Program-made: the position numbers and the translations under genes
Source: Chrysomallon squamiferum
Taxonomy: Eukaryota; Animalia; Mollusca
Length of the DNA stretch: 64,000 nucleotides
Reading direction: 5' to 3'
Assembly: GCA_012295275.1 (NCBI GenBank)
Contig: CM022678.1
Location: 6,510,001 to 6,574,000, forward strand
The notes under the pieces: model-generated
Database searches by the model: none
What the model was told of the DNA's origin: nothing
The model's input: the letters and a program-made list of their open reading frames with translations, nothing else
In this document: in pieces, positions 21,528 through 54,933 of the stretch
Layout: every line of letters begins with the position of its first letter
Position numbering within the stretch: the stretch's first letter is position 1

Positions 21528-22276
21528 CTACTAACACCCAAAATAAAATAAAATCAGTCGACGCTCTACCACATTAGAACTGACGAAATGTTTACAACGG
21601 TTAAGAAAGAAAGAAAGAAAGAAAGAACTCTGGATACAAACAGAATTCGTCGGTGGTGAAAATACCGGCTATTGTATTATTATTATTATTATCGTTTATT
21701 ATTTCAAAATACGTCAAATTAAAATGACTAGATGTTCTTTTATCTAAACTATGATAAGTTATGCACGTGACATGGGCGATGCTGAGCACGTTCTGTTAAA
21801 CTTGACTGGTATTTTTGAACTGACTTCATCGTAACGTTATCTGAAAAATTGGTGGTCAGATGTTGGAACACTGGCGCCATTTGGCTGCTTGTCGTATGTG
21901 CAATTTTCCGTAGATACACCCATTTATTTAATAACTTTATAACGAGTCGTTAGATATTTTGTTTCCTGTTTGGCCTTTCCACAGTGAAATTAATATACGC
22001 AAATTGTCATGTTGAAATCCTACACAACATTTGTTTTTGATATATTTCAATATACAGCGTAAAACAAATTTATAATCATAACTTTTACCCATCTGCTCAG
22101 TAAAACGTTTTAAGTGCCTGTGTGCTCGTTTTAATTTTTGCAACAACTTGAAGTAAACACAAATTAAAATCAAATAGATCAACCGAGTAATTTGAAATAT
22201 TAGCAATTTTATTCAAATTCTAGGACTCACCATTACATCTTAGTACATTACTTTGGAGTCCTTAGCATCGTGCTAA

Positions 22277-22344
<68 letters not shown>

Positions 22345-22933
22345 ATAATAATAAAAATAATAATAATAAAATAACTTTAAATACGTGAGGCGCAACCAAA
22401 TTCTAAAAAAACCCCACTGAATACGCGAAGAAATAAACAACACGAAAACTGTGTGTATAATATAATATATACAGATATATAGGAATAATTAGAACAATTA
22501 ATCTTGCATATAGCACAAGGCACCTTAAAGTTAAGAAAAAAAAAAAAAAAAATTGGGAGATTATAAAAAGTGTGAGGTTCACATAACACCGACGTAATCT
22601 CCTACGTCATTCAACATATCTTTAATACCTGTACATGATAAATAAAAGCCCCTATTCTGTACATGCAGCGCTAAACAAAAATATTAATTCTTCTAGACAA
22701 TCCTGAACGCCCCCTGATAAAAACTTTGGAACCGCTCCTGAAGATGTTACAAAGTTAAAGATGATTTTGACAATGACAAAGTCGAAAGTTCAATATGCTG
22801 CACAAAAAAAAACACGCACAGACAAGACAAATTATATAAACTTTTATTTTATTACTGTATGTAAAGTGGATACACAAAAATATATGACGAAAAATAGATT
22901 ATAATTTAAGTATACAAATATTTGGACGTGTGC

Positions 22934-22999
<66 letters not shown>

Positions 23000-23699
23000 A
23001 CCTACACACCTTTGTATGTGTCTAGATATATGTGATGTTTGTGACTTTGTATGCCTTTGGGAGTGAGAATATAACTCGTCTGTATTTTGTGTTTTCTGAA
23101 TAATAAATATTTATATCTTTTGTATAAAAAATATAAAAATATAACATGTAAGTAAGCATTTCTAGGAATATACTACATACAGTAATAAACATGAGCTTAT
23201 TAAAAGTATCCATTCTACGTAGAGAATGGATTAGAGACAGACAAACAGACATATACATACACACAAAGAAACAAAGGGAGACAGAGAGAAAAAGAGAGAA
23301 ATAAAGAAAGACAGATACTCATAAGGAGGAGAGAGACTGAGATACATAGAGAGATACAGACAGAAAGAATGAGAGAGAGAGAGAAAAAAAAAACAAAACA
23401 AAGGAGAGCAAGTAAGGTATCATATTTGCAATAGGTTTCTTTAATCATTTAAACAAAACTTAAAAATTAGATAACTCAAAACCAATCATTTGCATTTGTG
23501 CATAAAATAATGAAAAAAATATACATTCACAGATGCCTTCGTTGACATTATAAATAATTTATATTTTAATTTTTGGTATCAGTTTTTATGAAATATGAAT
23601 TTTGCGTGTTCAGTTTTTTTTTTTTTAATTTTTTTTTTTTATTTCCTTCATAAGTCGAGGTATGCATAGATCTGAAACAAGGGTTTATTTTTTTTTTTA

Positions 23700-26010
23700 T
23701 TAATCACGTTTTTTGTCTGTCAGTTTGTACTGAGGATCAATACCAATATCCTCAAATTTCTTTATCAGTCGAACAGCCTTCTGTGGCAACATTCTGAAAT
23801 GACAAAAGTTTGTGTTTTGTATAATATATTTTTTTCATTTATGTTATTTACTTATTTCTGTTAACATTATGAAATTATGATAAAATGTGTGTGTATGTCT
23901 GTGTAGTTTGTGTGCATGTATATGAATATATATATGTGTGTAGTAGGACACACACACAATCACTCACCAGCACACACAAGAACAAACACATTAATTATAA
24001 AAACATCATCAATAACAGTACAGTGCAATAATAAAAGAACAGACACTAGTTATTCACTAAAATTATAAAACTATGAAAAATCTATTTTAAAAAAAAAATC
24101 TAATTCTTAACGTTAACAAAACTGGATTACTACTGAACAGTGAAATGAAAAGTATGGATTACTAACGAGGCTATTTTGATGTTCAACCACATGTGTCTGG
24201 GAACAAAAACAACTGTGTCTCCTCTCAACATCCCATCAACTGCATTCCATGCCGTTTCCTTTGGAGTTAGCAGCTTTGAAAACCTTAAGGAAAAAAAAAA
24301 CAGAAAAAGAAATGAATAATAATAATAATAATAAATAGATAAATAAACTGAAAACAAGAAAAAAAATAAAAATAAAAAAAAATAAAAATAAAAATAATAA
24401 TAATTAAATAAACTGAAAAGAATAAATAAGTAAATAGATAAATAGATAGAAAATAGAGAAATAAATAAATAAATATATAAATAAATAAATAAGAATTAAA
24501 CAAATTAGAAATATAAAATAGATAACTCGATAAATTAATAAATAAAATAGACAAATAAATAGCAAATAAATAAATAAATAAATGAATAAATAAATAAATA
24601 AATAAATAAATAAGAATGAAATAAGTAAGAAATATAAAAATAAATAAATAGATAAATAAATTTAAAAAGTTAATAGATAATAATAAATAAATCAATCAAT
24701 CAATAAATAAGAAATAGATAAATAAATAACTATAACTAAGCAAACAAACACATACAAATTCAAGTAACTTTATTTATTCTGACTCATTATTTATCATGAT
24801 CTATAACAACCAGTTAAAAAAAAAGAAAAAAAAAGATGGAATCATAAATTAATAAAAACATGCCACTGATTTAATTAGAAAAATTCTAGACAATTTTGAC
24901 AATGACTAGACAAATTTGAAATACAGACTGAAAAAAACAACAACATAGTTACCCCAGTTTAATAAATTTAGTCATTCCTGTATCCACAAACAAAGGGCAG
25001 ACAACTGTCGTCTGGATTCCTGTTTTCCCAAGACGGTCAAGCTCCTCATTCAAGGCGTCTGTAAATCCATAAACTGCAGATTTGGAGGAACTACAACAGA
25101 CAGATCAATAAATGAAAAAGTGAACCGTTATGAGGCAGCAGACTCTGGTTCAAATCTCATCAAGTGTAAGTAAAACTTTTTTTCTTGAATAATGATAAAA
25201 TAATATCTGTCAGTCATATCACATCTATAAATATCCAACCACACATATATTTATATTTATACATCATTAAGTATTTAAAAATGTCACTCCTCACAATCCA
25301 TTTATTTAGAAACTTACAAAACATTTTAAGGCATTAATTTGCATTAGCAGCAAAATTAATTTTATATATATATACTGTCTCATAAACAGAAGAATATACT
25401 ACAGCTTTTGATAAACCAATCATGAAGCAGTGCTATAACAGTCCAAAGAGCAACATTAGGATACTAGATCATGTGACCGCTAGCACCTAGGCCCTGCACT
25501 TTAACTCTTGAACACACTAATTTAGATAAGTATCTAATTATTTATTTTCAGGTGTTGGCATACCTGTAATCAACAAGAAAGGCTGTTCCTGCAACTGCTG
25601 ACATGGAGGCAATGTTAAGGATGTAACCATGGTTACGTTTCATCATTGATGGCAAAAACTCTCTAACCATCTGTTAAAATACAGAAGTACTGAAATAAAA
25701 GTTTGTGTTTAAAGTAGCCATTGTTCTAAAGAAAATTTGACAAACTTCTTATTTTTGATCATTATGACGTTATAATAAATAATAAAAATTAATTATATTA
25801 TTTTGCATAAAATGGGTGCTCAAGTCTGCTATAAGCTGTTTGCTTGTTTTTTGTGGACCCAGTTTAGAATGCATTTTAATACTTTATATATAGAACTACA
25901 TTTATACATCTATTCATAATTATCATAATTTTGTATTTGTCTATATAAAAACACATACACACACACATTACACACACACAGATATAGATAAACTCAAACA
26001 CATTTATCTA

Positions 26011-26055
<45 letters not shown>

Positions 26056-27056
26056 GTATGTACAGGCACACATACATACACACACAATATATACATACAC
26101 ATACATATTCACATACATACATAAGATAATCACAAATTCATTCAAAAATGCCAACAAATGAAATATTTTAATACCCATATCTGTGCCAGAATGTTAACAT
26201 CAAATGTTCTGCGAATATCAGACTCTTTAAGATCAAGCAATGCACCTCCATTTAAAATCCCAGCGTTGTTAACTAGGATAGTTATCTCCCCTACATCTTC
26301 TCTCACTTTCTCAGCAATTTTGTAAATTTCTTGGCTACTGGTTACGTCACAGGTGTAAGGGTAGGCAACTCCGCCTATACTTTCAATTTCTTTTGCAGTG
26401 TTCTCGTTATTTTCCTAAATAATACAAATATAATGTAATTTACACCGTTACTAAAATGAGTGTTTAGGAATGTGTGTGTGTTTCTGTATGTATACTTGTG
26501 TGATAATACAGTGATTATAATATAGATAACTTTAGATAACTTCTTTTATCTCCACGTTCAAATCATGTTCAGAATTAATTGCAAATGTGACATTTTATCT
26601 TTCTCTCTCTCTCACACATATATACACACACACAGACAAAAGGTTACACATTCACATAATTAAAATATTAATAATAAAATAATAATAAAAAATAGAATAA
26701 AATAAATTATATATATTACATTATAATTTATTTAATGAAAACAAATAAATTATTAATAAAAGTTAATATACATGCATAATTACATAAATAAATAAATAAA
26801 CTGTTAAAATTAAATCAGTATCATTTTAAAGATGTGCAAATGAAACCTTATTAATATCCCACAAAACCACGGTCGCTCCACGTCTGGAGAACTCGAGTGC
26901 CAACTCTTTTCCAATTCCATGGCCGGCACCAGTTACAAGGGCAATTTCGCCATGGATATCTTTTGGTTTTTTGGGGAAAATAAGCCGATAAATTGCTTCC
27001 GCATACAAAAATAAAATTTCGAGCACTAAAACAACCATTTCAACGGCCCTGTTCAT
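23700..27056 (-). CDS. Short-chain dehydrogenase/reductase, SDR16C family (epidermal retinol dehydrogenase 2/RDH10/17bHSD11-like); 6 exons, 301 aa
   Basis: Exons 26847-27056, 26175-26414, 25564-25670, 24953-25090, 24167-24283, 23700-23793, phases consistent. N-terminal hydrophobic anchor, TGAGHGIG cofactor motif, CDV, LVNNAG, NIAS, catalytic YSSSK, CPLFVDTGM. Confidence 0.93.
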
Positions 27057-27482
27057 GAGTGCATATGCGTATATGCAATAATTATTGCATATCTAATAAG
27101 CAAAAATTATAAAATGAAAAGAAAAAACTTAAACATAAAAAGAAGTAAATAGGTCACTCTCGGATAATGAAATTCCCAGAGCAAAATAACTCAGTAAAAA
27201 AAAAAAAAAACGGGAGGTGTTAATTATGCGTTTTATTTAATCTCTATAATAGTGTATATTATTATATGACATTTAATTGTACCGTGTAAAACAAATGCTA
27301 ATAACACCCGATTTAAAATAAATATCCAACAATAGCATGACGTTATTAATGAAGACAAATTTTAAGATATCATTTTTATTAATAAAAACATTAAAACTAA
27401 TAACCAATTTCATTTAACTCCGTCCGTCAGACATACTTCCGGTTAAGGAAGCACGTGTGTTTATGTTTATTTGTGACGGAAG
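27057..27482. promoter_or_regulatory. Candidate bidirectional promoter between SDR (-) and BYSL (+)
   Basis: Only 426 bp between the two start codons; contains ETS-type ACTTCCGG (27435-27442) and E-box CACGTG (27452-27457). Confidence 0.65.
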
Positions 27483-27681
27483 ATGGGGAAGTCAAAGAAA
27501 TTAAAACTGTCAAAAGGCAGTCGGGACGAACAGTTACCATTAGCTAATCAATATATATCAGACGAATTAGTGAAAGAAACAACCAGAGTTAAAGTTAAAA
27601 CCAGGAAAACAGAGGATGACGAGGTATAATTATAAGCACATGTTACATGTTTTCGCACGGTACCAATTGCCGTCCTTTTTT

Positions 27682-27755
<74 letters not shown>

Positions 27756-30700
27756 AAAGTCATTAGTTTCCATTATATTTATATTATGATGAAAAAAAAA
27801 TGTGTGCTTATTTCTTTAACTTTGATTATAGTTTGTCGATAATATTAAACGCAGCTTAAATATTTCTTCATTATCAGTTACTGTGCATACTATATTTATT
27901 AAGACGCAAACAATTAGATAACAAATGGCAACATGTGAAATAATTTAATAAATGTTATAATACATTAACAACTGGTTGCTTCAACATGATCATGTAATCA
28001 AGATTACTCTCCAGATTTTACTGAAATGTAAAATGTTGATATTACTAAAGTAACAAGTTGCATGGTAAAGAAAGTATGCCTTGAGTAAGCAATTAATATG
28101 CAATAAAAAAATCTTAATGAAATTTACAGTTTATGATGATGATGATGATGATAACAACAACACTAATAAAAATAAAAAAATAATAATAATAATAATAATT
28201 TTTGTCTGCAAAGAAATATACTGTTTTTTAAAAAAAAAAAAAGTGTCATGCTTTCTATCTGTTAAATTTACACAGTAAGTATTAATGTTTGTTTTGTTTG
28301 TTTATTTAATTTTCACAGTTTGTGGATGACAAACTCAGTAAGAAGATTCTGGCACAGGCACGTGCACAGCAGGAAGAACTTGAAGAAGAATACGGCATTG
28401 CTGGGTAACATAATCATTTATTCTGTGACTTGTACAGATACTGTTTAGTTAAAACAAAATGAGAAAAAACCCCAAACCTCCCACAGAAATAAAACAATAG
28501 TTAAATAAATAAATAAATAAATAAATAATAATAGTAATAAAAAATAAAATTTAAACTGAAATCAGATTAATTTGAATAAGAGGATGCAGACTGAATTATT
28601 GTTATATTTATCCGTAAGTGTTAATGACTGTGTCCTACAGATTGTTATTTAAAATAAACAACAAAAAAAAAACAAAAAAAACCTTCCCAAGAACCAACAA
28701 AATAAATTAATTAAAAATTTAAAATAAAAAGGATGCAGATTAATTATTTATACAAGTTTCCTTCTGTTGCAATAGCACATTTCACTTCAGTTGTTAAACT
28801 ACTTTATTATTAATTATTATTCTAAGTTATTACTATTCCACTGAGTTATTATTATTATGAATCAATGCTTTTGTTTAAAATGAAAATTCTTTTCAGTCCT
28901 GGGACAAAAGGAAAGAAAAATATGAATCAAACAAACTCTGTCAGACTCAGAAGTGACAGTGCAGCTGAAAATGCATCTGATTCAGAAGAAGAAATTCAGT
29001 CTGGGGGTGAAGAGTTTTATGAACAGATTGTAAGTTATTTTTGCTTGAATCCATGCTCAGATAAGAAAGAGAGATCACTATATTTATTTTGATTTTAGTG
29101 TATCTCTCTCTCTTTCTCTGTCGCTCTCTCTCTACATGTATATGTGTATATATATACATTGTATGTGTGTTTATATATGTTTTTAATTCATGAATGTGTT
29201 TTATTGTGTATGTGAGTATCAGTTTGCATTTGTATGTCAGTATATTTGTTTGTCTGTAGATGTGTGTGATTTGGGTCAGATTAATGTTTGTATGTCAGGT
29301 TTATTTTTGTGTGTCTGTAGATGTATGTTATTTGGGTGTAATGAGTAATGTGATGTTTTTTTATCTGTGTATAAACATGTTTATTTTGTCTTTGTGTGTG
29401 TGTGAATAGTTAACTGTGAATGAACATATAAAAATTTTGGGCTATGCTATTAGAAATATCCATGAATTTTTACCTATTGTTATTTCCAATTTCCAATTTA
29501 TATCTCTGTAGTTTCTTTCTTAATTTTCTCTTTTTAATACATTTTAAAATAAAATAATAAAACTTTGGTTTCAGGATGTATATGAAGACGACAAAAAAGC
29601 TCGGCCTGTTTTCACATCTGAGTGTTTCTGTTGTTCCTTTTGTGATTTTCTTTTTCAAAAATAAAACACAAAAGTTTATTTCAGACTGTAAACGAAGATG
29701 ATGAGAAAGCTCTGTCTACATTCATGTCAGAAAACCCACCAGTGCGGCGTACATTGGCAGACATTATCATGGAGAAGATCACAGAAAAACAGACAGAAAT
29801 CAGAACACAGATGTCAGGTAACTGAAAATACTGAAAAATTAAAAAACAGATTAAAAAACAAATTAAAAAGATATATATATATATATATATATATAACAGA
29901 AAATTAAAGGGATGCAACAAATATACTATCCTTGAGGATATTACCAAATCAAACTAAAAAATGGAAATCAGATAAAAATCCCCACAAAAGATGATATTTG
30001 ACCAATCTTTAAACTTTACATATTAATAAAATAGCTGCTTTTTAACATTTATTATTATTTTTTTTTTTTTTTTTAAATGTATTATTTAGATTCAAGTGAG
30101 AATAATAAAATGATAACGCATATATAGCAGAGAGTGAACTGTGATTGTAGGTATTTTATTTGTTAACTGTGACAGATAACGCCAGTGTGAACTTGGAGGA
30201 GATAGATGAAAGGATTGTTGCAATGTACAAATCTATCAGAGACATTTTGAAAAAATACAGAAGTGGAAAACTGCCGAAGGCTTTTAAAGTGATTCCAAAC
30301 TTGAAGAACTGGGAGCAGGTAAGACTTGCTTTGATCTTTCATATCTACACACTTGATAGGTCTTTTTTTAGTGATTTCCAGATTCCTGTCATTCACCATT
30401 GCTTAAAAAGAAATATTAATAAATAAAGATATTAAAATCTAAGCATAGTAAAGTAAATGAATAAACTAATAAAAATTAAATTACAGTACCGTTGTTCGTT
30501 AAGTTTCATTACAGATCATGCATGGATCTTGGAGTCAAAATTATTTGCAGACATTTTTGTGAAATGGCACATTGTCTGTAAATAACCTGTAGTAATTTTT
30601 GATTTATTTAAGACAATTAGTATTGCCCATATATTGCCATTTTAATTAAAAACACTGTTTTGAGGCTGTTTTAACTGAAAATAATGTGTTATTTATTTCA

Positions 30701-33700
30701 CCATTTTATGTGAGGATATATAATCTGTTTGTATTCATATTAGTGCAGCCTGTAACCAAAGCCATTGTGTCATGACTTAGTGTATTATCTGTTAGATTCA
30801 TACATGGGCAAGCTTAAGCCTGCAGAACTTTCTGAATGGCGTGCCTAATTTCATGAGGAAAATAACTGTTAGGGCTGATATAATCCTCGTGTAATTGTTT
30901 GTATCTGTGATATAGTTCTAGTTATAGCTACAAGTTTTAATAAGCTTAAAAAAATATATATATATATGTTAACATGTTAAATAATCTTGTTTAGGTTTTA
31001 TCTTCGAATTTTAAATTCATTAAATGTTTTAGTGAAAAAAATCAAACAAATATCCCCCACCCCCCAAAAAAAGGTACACACACAAAATAAAAGAGAAAAA
31101 GAAACAAATTGTGAAATGCTCTGGGTTTGAGGATCAACTACAAGTTATTTCCTTTGGCTAATATATCAAAGACAGTCAGATTTCGTCCTTACCTGTGAGA
31201 AAGTACTTATGTAAAGAAATCCTTTTGTTACTGATTGACAAGGATAACCTGTGCAGCAGTAGCAGTAGATTTGCTTTCTCAGCCATCTTTATATGTAACT
31301 GTATATTTAACATAACTGATATTAATATTAAAAAATGTAAATGTTCATCAATTTATTTATTAATACTGGAGTGGTTTTTTTGTGTGTTTTATTTTCTTCA
31401 GATTTTGTACATAACAGACTATCTAGGATCAATTACTGACTAATCCTATGAGTAATTTCCTTTGACTAATATATCAAAGATAGTAATATTTTTGGGGGTT
31501 TGTTTTTTGTCAGATTTTGTACATAACAGACTATCTAGGATCAATTACTGACTAATCCTATGAGTAATTTCCTTTGACTAATATATCAAAGACAGTAATA
31601 TGTTTTTTGGGGGTTTGTTTTTTGTCAGATTTTGTACATAACAGAACCAGACACTTGGTCAGCTGCAGCCATGTATCAGGCCACAAGAATATTTACCTCA
31701 AATCTCAACGCTAAGATGGCTCAAAGGTGAGTGCTTCACGGAAAATTAGTGAATTTACATCATTACTGTCACGAATACTTTATTGTTAGCAAAGACTGAG
31801 TAACAACTAAAGGATGCAATATTATTATTGTCAGGTATTAATTAATTATAATGTACTATGCTGTCTTTGGGAGGGTGCATGTATATGATATCTCACTGCT
31901 AATCAGAAAAGTGACCTATGAAATGGCTAGCCAAATGCAGAATAATCGGAAATGAAATGTGATGTGTAATTGTTAAATAAAACATTTTCTTTCATTATTG
32001 TTAGATTTCACTATCAAGTTGATATCTTTCTAAAGGTCATATGTTTATCAAAAATGGTGCAGAGACTGCAGTATAGAATGATTTGAAATGTGTTAGTAAT
32101 ATCTTCCATTCTCTGTATGCTCTGTTAATGAAATTCTTCTCCTTTTTTTTCCAGATTCTTCAATCTGGTTCTGTATCCACGCATACGAGATGACATAGCT
32201 GAATACAAGAGACTGAACTTCCATCTGTATCAGGTAAAAATATTCTGTATTAAAAATATTAATTATAAACAAAATAAAAACGAACCATTTATATGACTTA
32301 TTAAAGAATGTTTAATAGTCTCAAACGAACCATTTATATGACTTGTTAAAGAATGTTTAATAGTCTCAAACGAACCATTTATATGACTTGTTAAAGAATG
32401 TTTAATAGTCTCAAACGAACCATTTATATGAGTTATTAAAGAATGTTTAATAGTCTCAAACAAACCATTTATATGACTTGTTAAAGAATGTTTAATAGTC
32501 TCAAACAAACCATTTATATGACTTGTTAAAGAATGTTTAATAGTCTCAAACAAACCATTTATATGACTTGTTAAAGAATGTTTAATAGTCTCAAACAAAC
32601 CATTTATATGACTTGTTAAAGAATGTTTAATAGTCTCAGTCTTTTATTATGATTAGTGCACAAGGTGTAATAGATCATAACATATTTCTCATTACTGTTC
32701 TGAACAATCAGTTTACAGTAAAATAAAATAAAAATTTAGTTATGAAGAATGAATTTATTATTTAATTTTAGTAAAAATAATTTTTAAATTGTTTTTTTCA
32801 CACAGGCTCTTAGGAAATCTTTGTTCAAACCGGCAGCGTTTTTCAAGGGAATTCTTTTACCTTTGTGTGAGGTGAGTGAATTAATGAATATCTGAAAACT
32901 TTGGAAGTAAAGATTTCTGATTTAAAAGTTGTATGATATTTGGTTGTTTTATGTAGATTATTACTTTTTAAACGTTTCAAATTATACAAGTTTTCATTTT
33001 TTTTAATACTTTGAATTAAAATGTCATCCAAAAATGTTAAAAATAGAGATTACTAATATAAATAAATAAAATAAAAAAAATCTATATTTTTTTTAGTTAA
33101 AAAGTGTAGATATTTTCAAATATGAAACCAGTATCATTATTAATACAATGATCTACTTAATAAATTATTATTTCATTTAGGTAAAAAAAAAATTAATGGA
33201 ACATACTTTTTACAGATGTGTATTTTATATATATATATCTTTATACAAACACATAAACATTATGGTTCATGGCAATAACAAATGTAAATGTCCATTATAA
33301 TAGTTTAAATTAATTGAAATTAGTGTCTGACAGTTTGAAATTAAACAATTTCAATTTTATTCAAAGGCAGGTGACTGTACTCTGAGGGAAGCTATTATTA
33401 TTTCAAGTATTCTGGCAAAGAACTCCATTCCTGTTTTACATTCTGCTGCAGCCATTTTGAAAATTGCAGAAATGGATTACAATGGTGCAAATAGTATTTT
33501 CCTGAAAACACTTCTGGATAAGAAATATGCACTTCCTTACAGAGTTGTGGATGCAGTGGTTCACCATTTTACAAGGTTTTTAAGTATTTTTTATATACAG
33601 GTTTTATTTTCTGATTATTTTTTTTAATTTTATTTTTAATGAATATTTTTTAGTATTTTATTAAAGAATACTTTTTTAGTATTATATTAGTTACACATTT

Positions 33701-34439
33701 GTGTTAAAATAGTTAACAATTTTTCTAAAACAGTTTTTTTGTTAAAAAAAAAAAATTTTTTCTTTTTTTTGTTACTTTTTACTTTTTACTTTATACCAAA
33801 AAACTTCATTTTCACTGATAGATTGTTTTAACAGAATCTCATAAGATTAGAAATAACAAGAAAATGAAAAATTCACACCCTACAAATTCCTTAAGCTCCA
33901 TACCATGAGCTACAAAGGAAAAAAATTTTAAAAAAGGCTGAAATTTGTGATATTTATTTTTGGCCTCTACAAGCCAATTGACAGAATATCAAAGCATTAT
34001 TAATGAAAACAGCAAGTGATGTCAATCACATTAACAACTCCAGTATAAATTTTTGTTTATTTTTGGTTAAAATGTTAACTGCACAAGTTCAAATGTCCTG
34101 CTCCCTTTAAATCAGAAATGTGTATATGATAAATAGAAAAAAAGTTTATATGTATATGAATATATATATTTAAAATTAAAATTAAAATTAAAACCATTTA
34201 TCTTTCATTTCAGATTTATAACAGACAAGAGAGAATTACCGGTGCTGTGGCACCAGGCGTTCCTCACTTTCGTCCAGCGATACAAGGAAGACGTGTCCAG
34301 TGAACAGAAGGACAGTTTAATGGCTGTTTTACGGGTGCACTCACATCACCAGATTACCCACGAGATCAGACGAGAACTGATCCACTCAAAGTGCAGAGAC
34401 AAAGAAGATGCAGTACCGAAGGACATGGACTTTGACTAA
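27483..34439 (+). CDS. BYSL: Bystin (Enp1 homolog, 40S ribosome biogenesis factor); 10 exons, 437 aa
   Basis: Exons 27483-27623, 28319-28404, 28897-29029, 29685-29817, 30176-30318, 31629-31726, 32155-32233, 32806-32871, 33367-33575, 34214-34439; total 1314 nt, in frame. Motifs [67 protein letters not shown] at 34454. Confidence 0.97.
32278..32637. repeat. 45-bp minisatellite, 8 copies, BYSL intron 7
   Basis: Unit aaacgaaccatttatatgacttgttaaagaatgtttaatagtctc, near-identical copies. Confidence 0.95.
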
Positions 34440-34651
34440 ATTGTGATTGTGTAAATAAAAAAATAAAAAAAATATATATAGATAAACTGAAATGAGTCTA
34501 TTTTTTTTTTGTTTAAGTCTTCAGTAGTTTATTTATTACACAGTGCCAAAGGGAAGTGAAATGAGTACTTAACCTCAGCTAGGGCATTATGTTGGTTGAT
34601 ATATCTTGCCAAAAGTCATCTTCTAGATGGCAGGGTATCTTACCAGTGGAG

Positions 34652-34835
34652 CCAAAAGGGTTAATTACCAAAAAACACGAAAGAAAAATGAAAATAAACA
34701 GAAGATGATATTGTATAGATGGCCATTGTTACAAGACATATATCCAAAAAGGTTAATTGCCAAAAAACACAAAAGAAAAATGAAAATAAACAGCAGATGA
34801 TATTGTATAGATGGCAGCTGTTACAAGACAGATAT
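34652..34835. repeat. Tandem duplication of ~93 bp downstream of BYSL
   Basis: aaaaggg ttaattaccaaaaaacac...gatgatattgtatagatggc...gttacaagaca occurs twice. Confidence 0.85.
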
Positions 34836-35397
34836 GCACCTTAGACTTTATTAGAGGTTTCTGTCAATGGTTGTGTTATGTACTATAATGTTAAAGGGAG
34901 ATAACTATTTGATAGTCAATAATTAACTCGACCAGCTTGACATGGTGAGTGACTGAGAGTTATGGATAATTAGTACTCATGATTAAATTAAAGAACACAA
35001 CAATATAACAATGAAGTAGCTAAACTGATTATCACTGGGCTCCAATTCTTCAGGTAATTTCCCATTCCAGACAGTTCATATATCCATGTCTTTTGTAACA
35101 CTATTAAATAAAAAATTGATGGTGAATGCTTTTATATTCTGTTGATCTCATGTCTGTGTGAATTATTGACAGTATAAATATGACAGGGTTAGAAATTGTA
35201 GATTATCAGTCTAATAATTAAAATGTTAAAAGAACAAAAAGCAAAGCTTTTATTATTTCAGGATGAATATCTAGCCTTTAATTTTGAATCAAAATGTTAC
35301 TGAACATAAATCTGGATTTAGTTATTGTAATATAAACGGGGAAAAAAGTATAAGGAAAATAAAACACAGCCTAAACAAAAAGTTGAAAGTTATTAAA

Positions 35398-35429
<32 letters not shown>

Positions 35430-35441
35430 ATAATAATAATA

Positions 35442-35494
<53 letters not shown>

Positions 35495-35748
35495 TTAATA
35501 ATAACTACATTTAATTTTAAAGCGAAAAAGAAAAAACATTAAAGAACACAAAAGAAAAGTAATATTCATATTTATATAGTTTCATTTATGGAAGCAATTT
35601 AAAAAACAAAAAAACCCAACAAACAAACAAACAAACAAACAAACAACAACAAAACTTTATTAACACCGTAGTTTGAGTTACTAGACCGATATCTTTATTT
35701 GATGCGCTACATATGAAATTAGCCGCTGGGAACTAATCAACAATTCGA

Positions 35749-35755
35749 CGGAAGT
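35749..35755 (+). promoter_or_regulatory. ETS-type motif in PRPF6 proximal promoter/5'UTR
   Basis: CGGAAGT 12 nt upstream of the PRPF6 ATG within a small CpG-containing patch. Confidence 0.4.
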
Positions 35756-35767
35756 CGTACAAACAAA

Positions 35768-54933
<19,166 letters not shown>

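Noticed and set aside
32263-32637. Repetitive 111-aa ORF / CRISPR-like look of the 45-bp array
   Set aside because: Contiguous units with no unique spacers and no cas genes; the ORF arises only because 45 is a multiple of 3.
27624-34213. Intronic snoRNAs in BYSL
   Set aside because: No convincing C/D box pair with terminal stem or H/ACA structure seen by eye; needs an Infernal/Rfam search.
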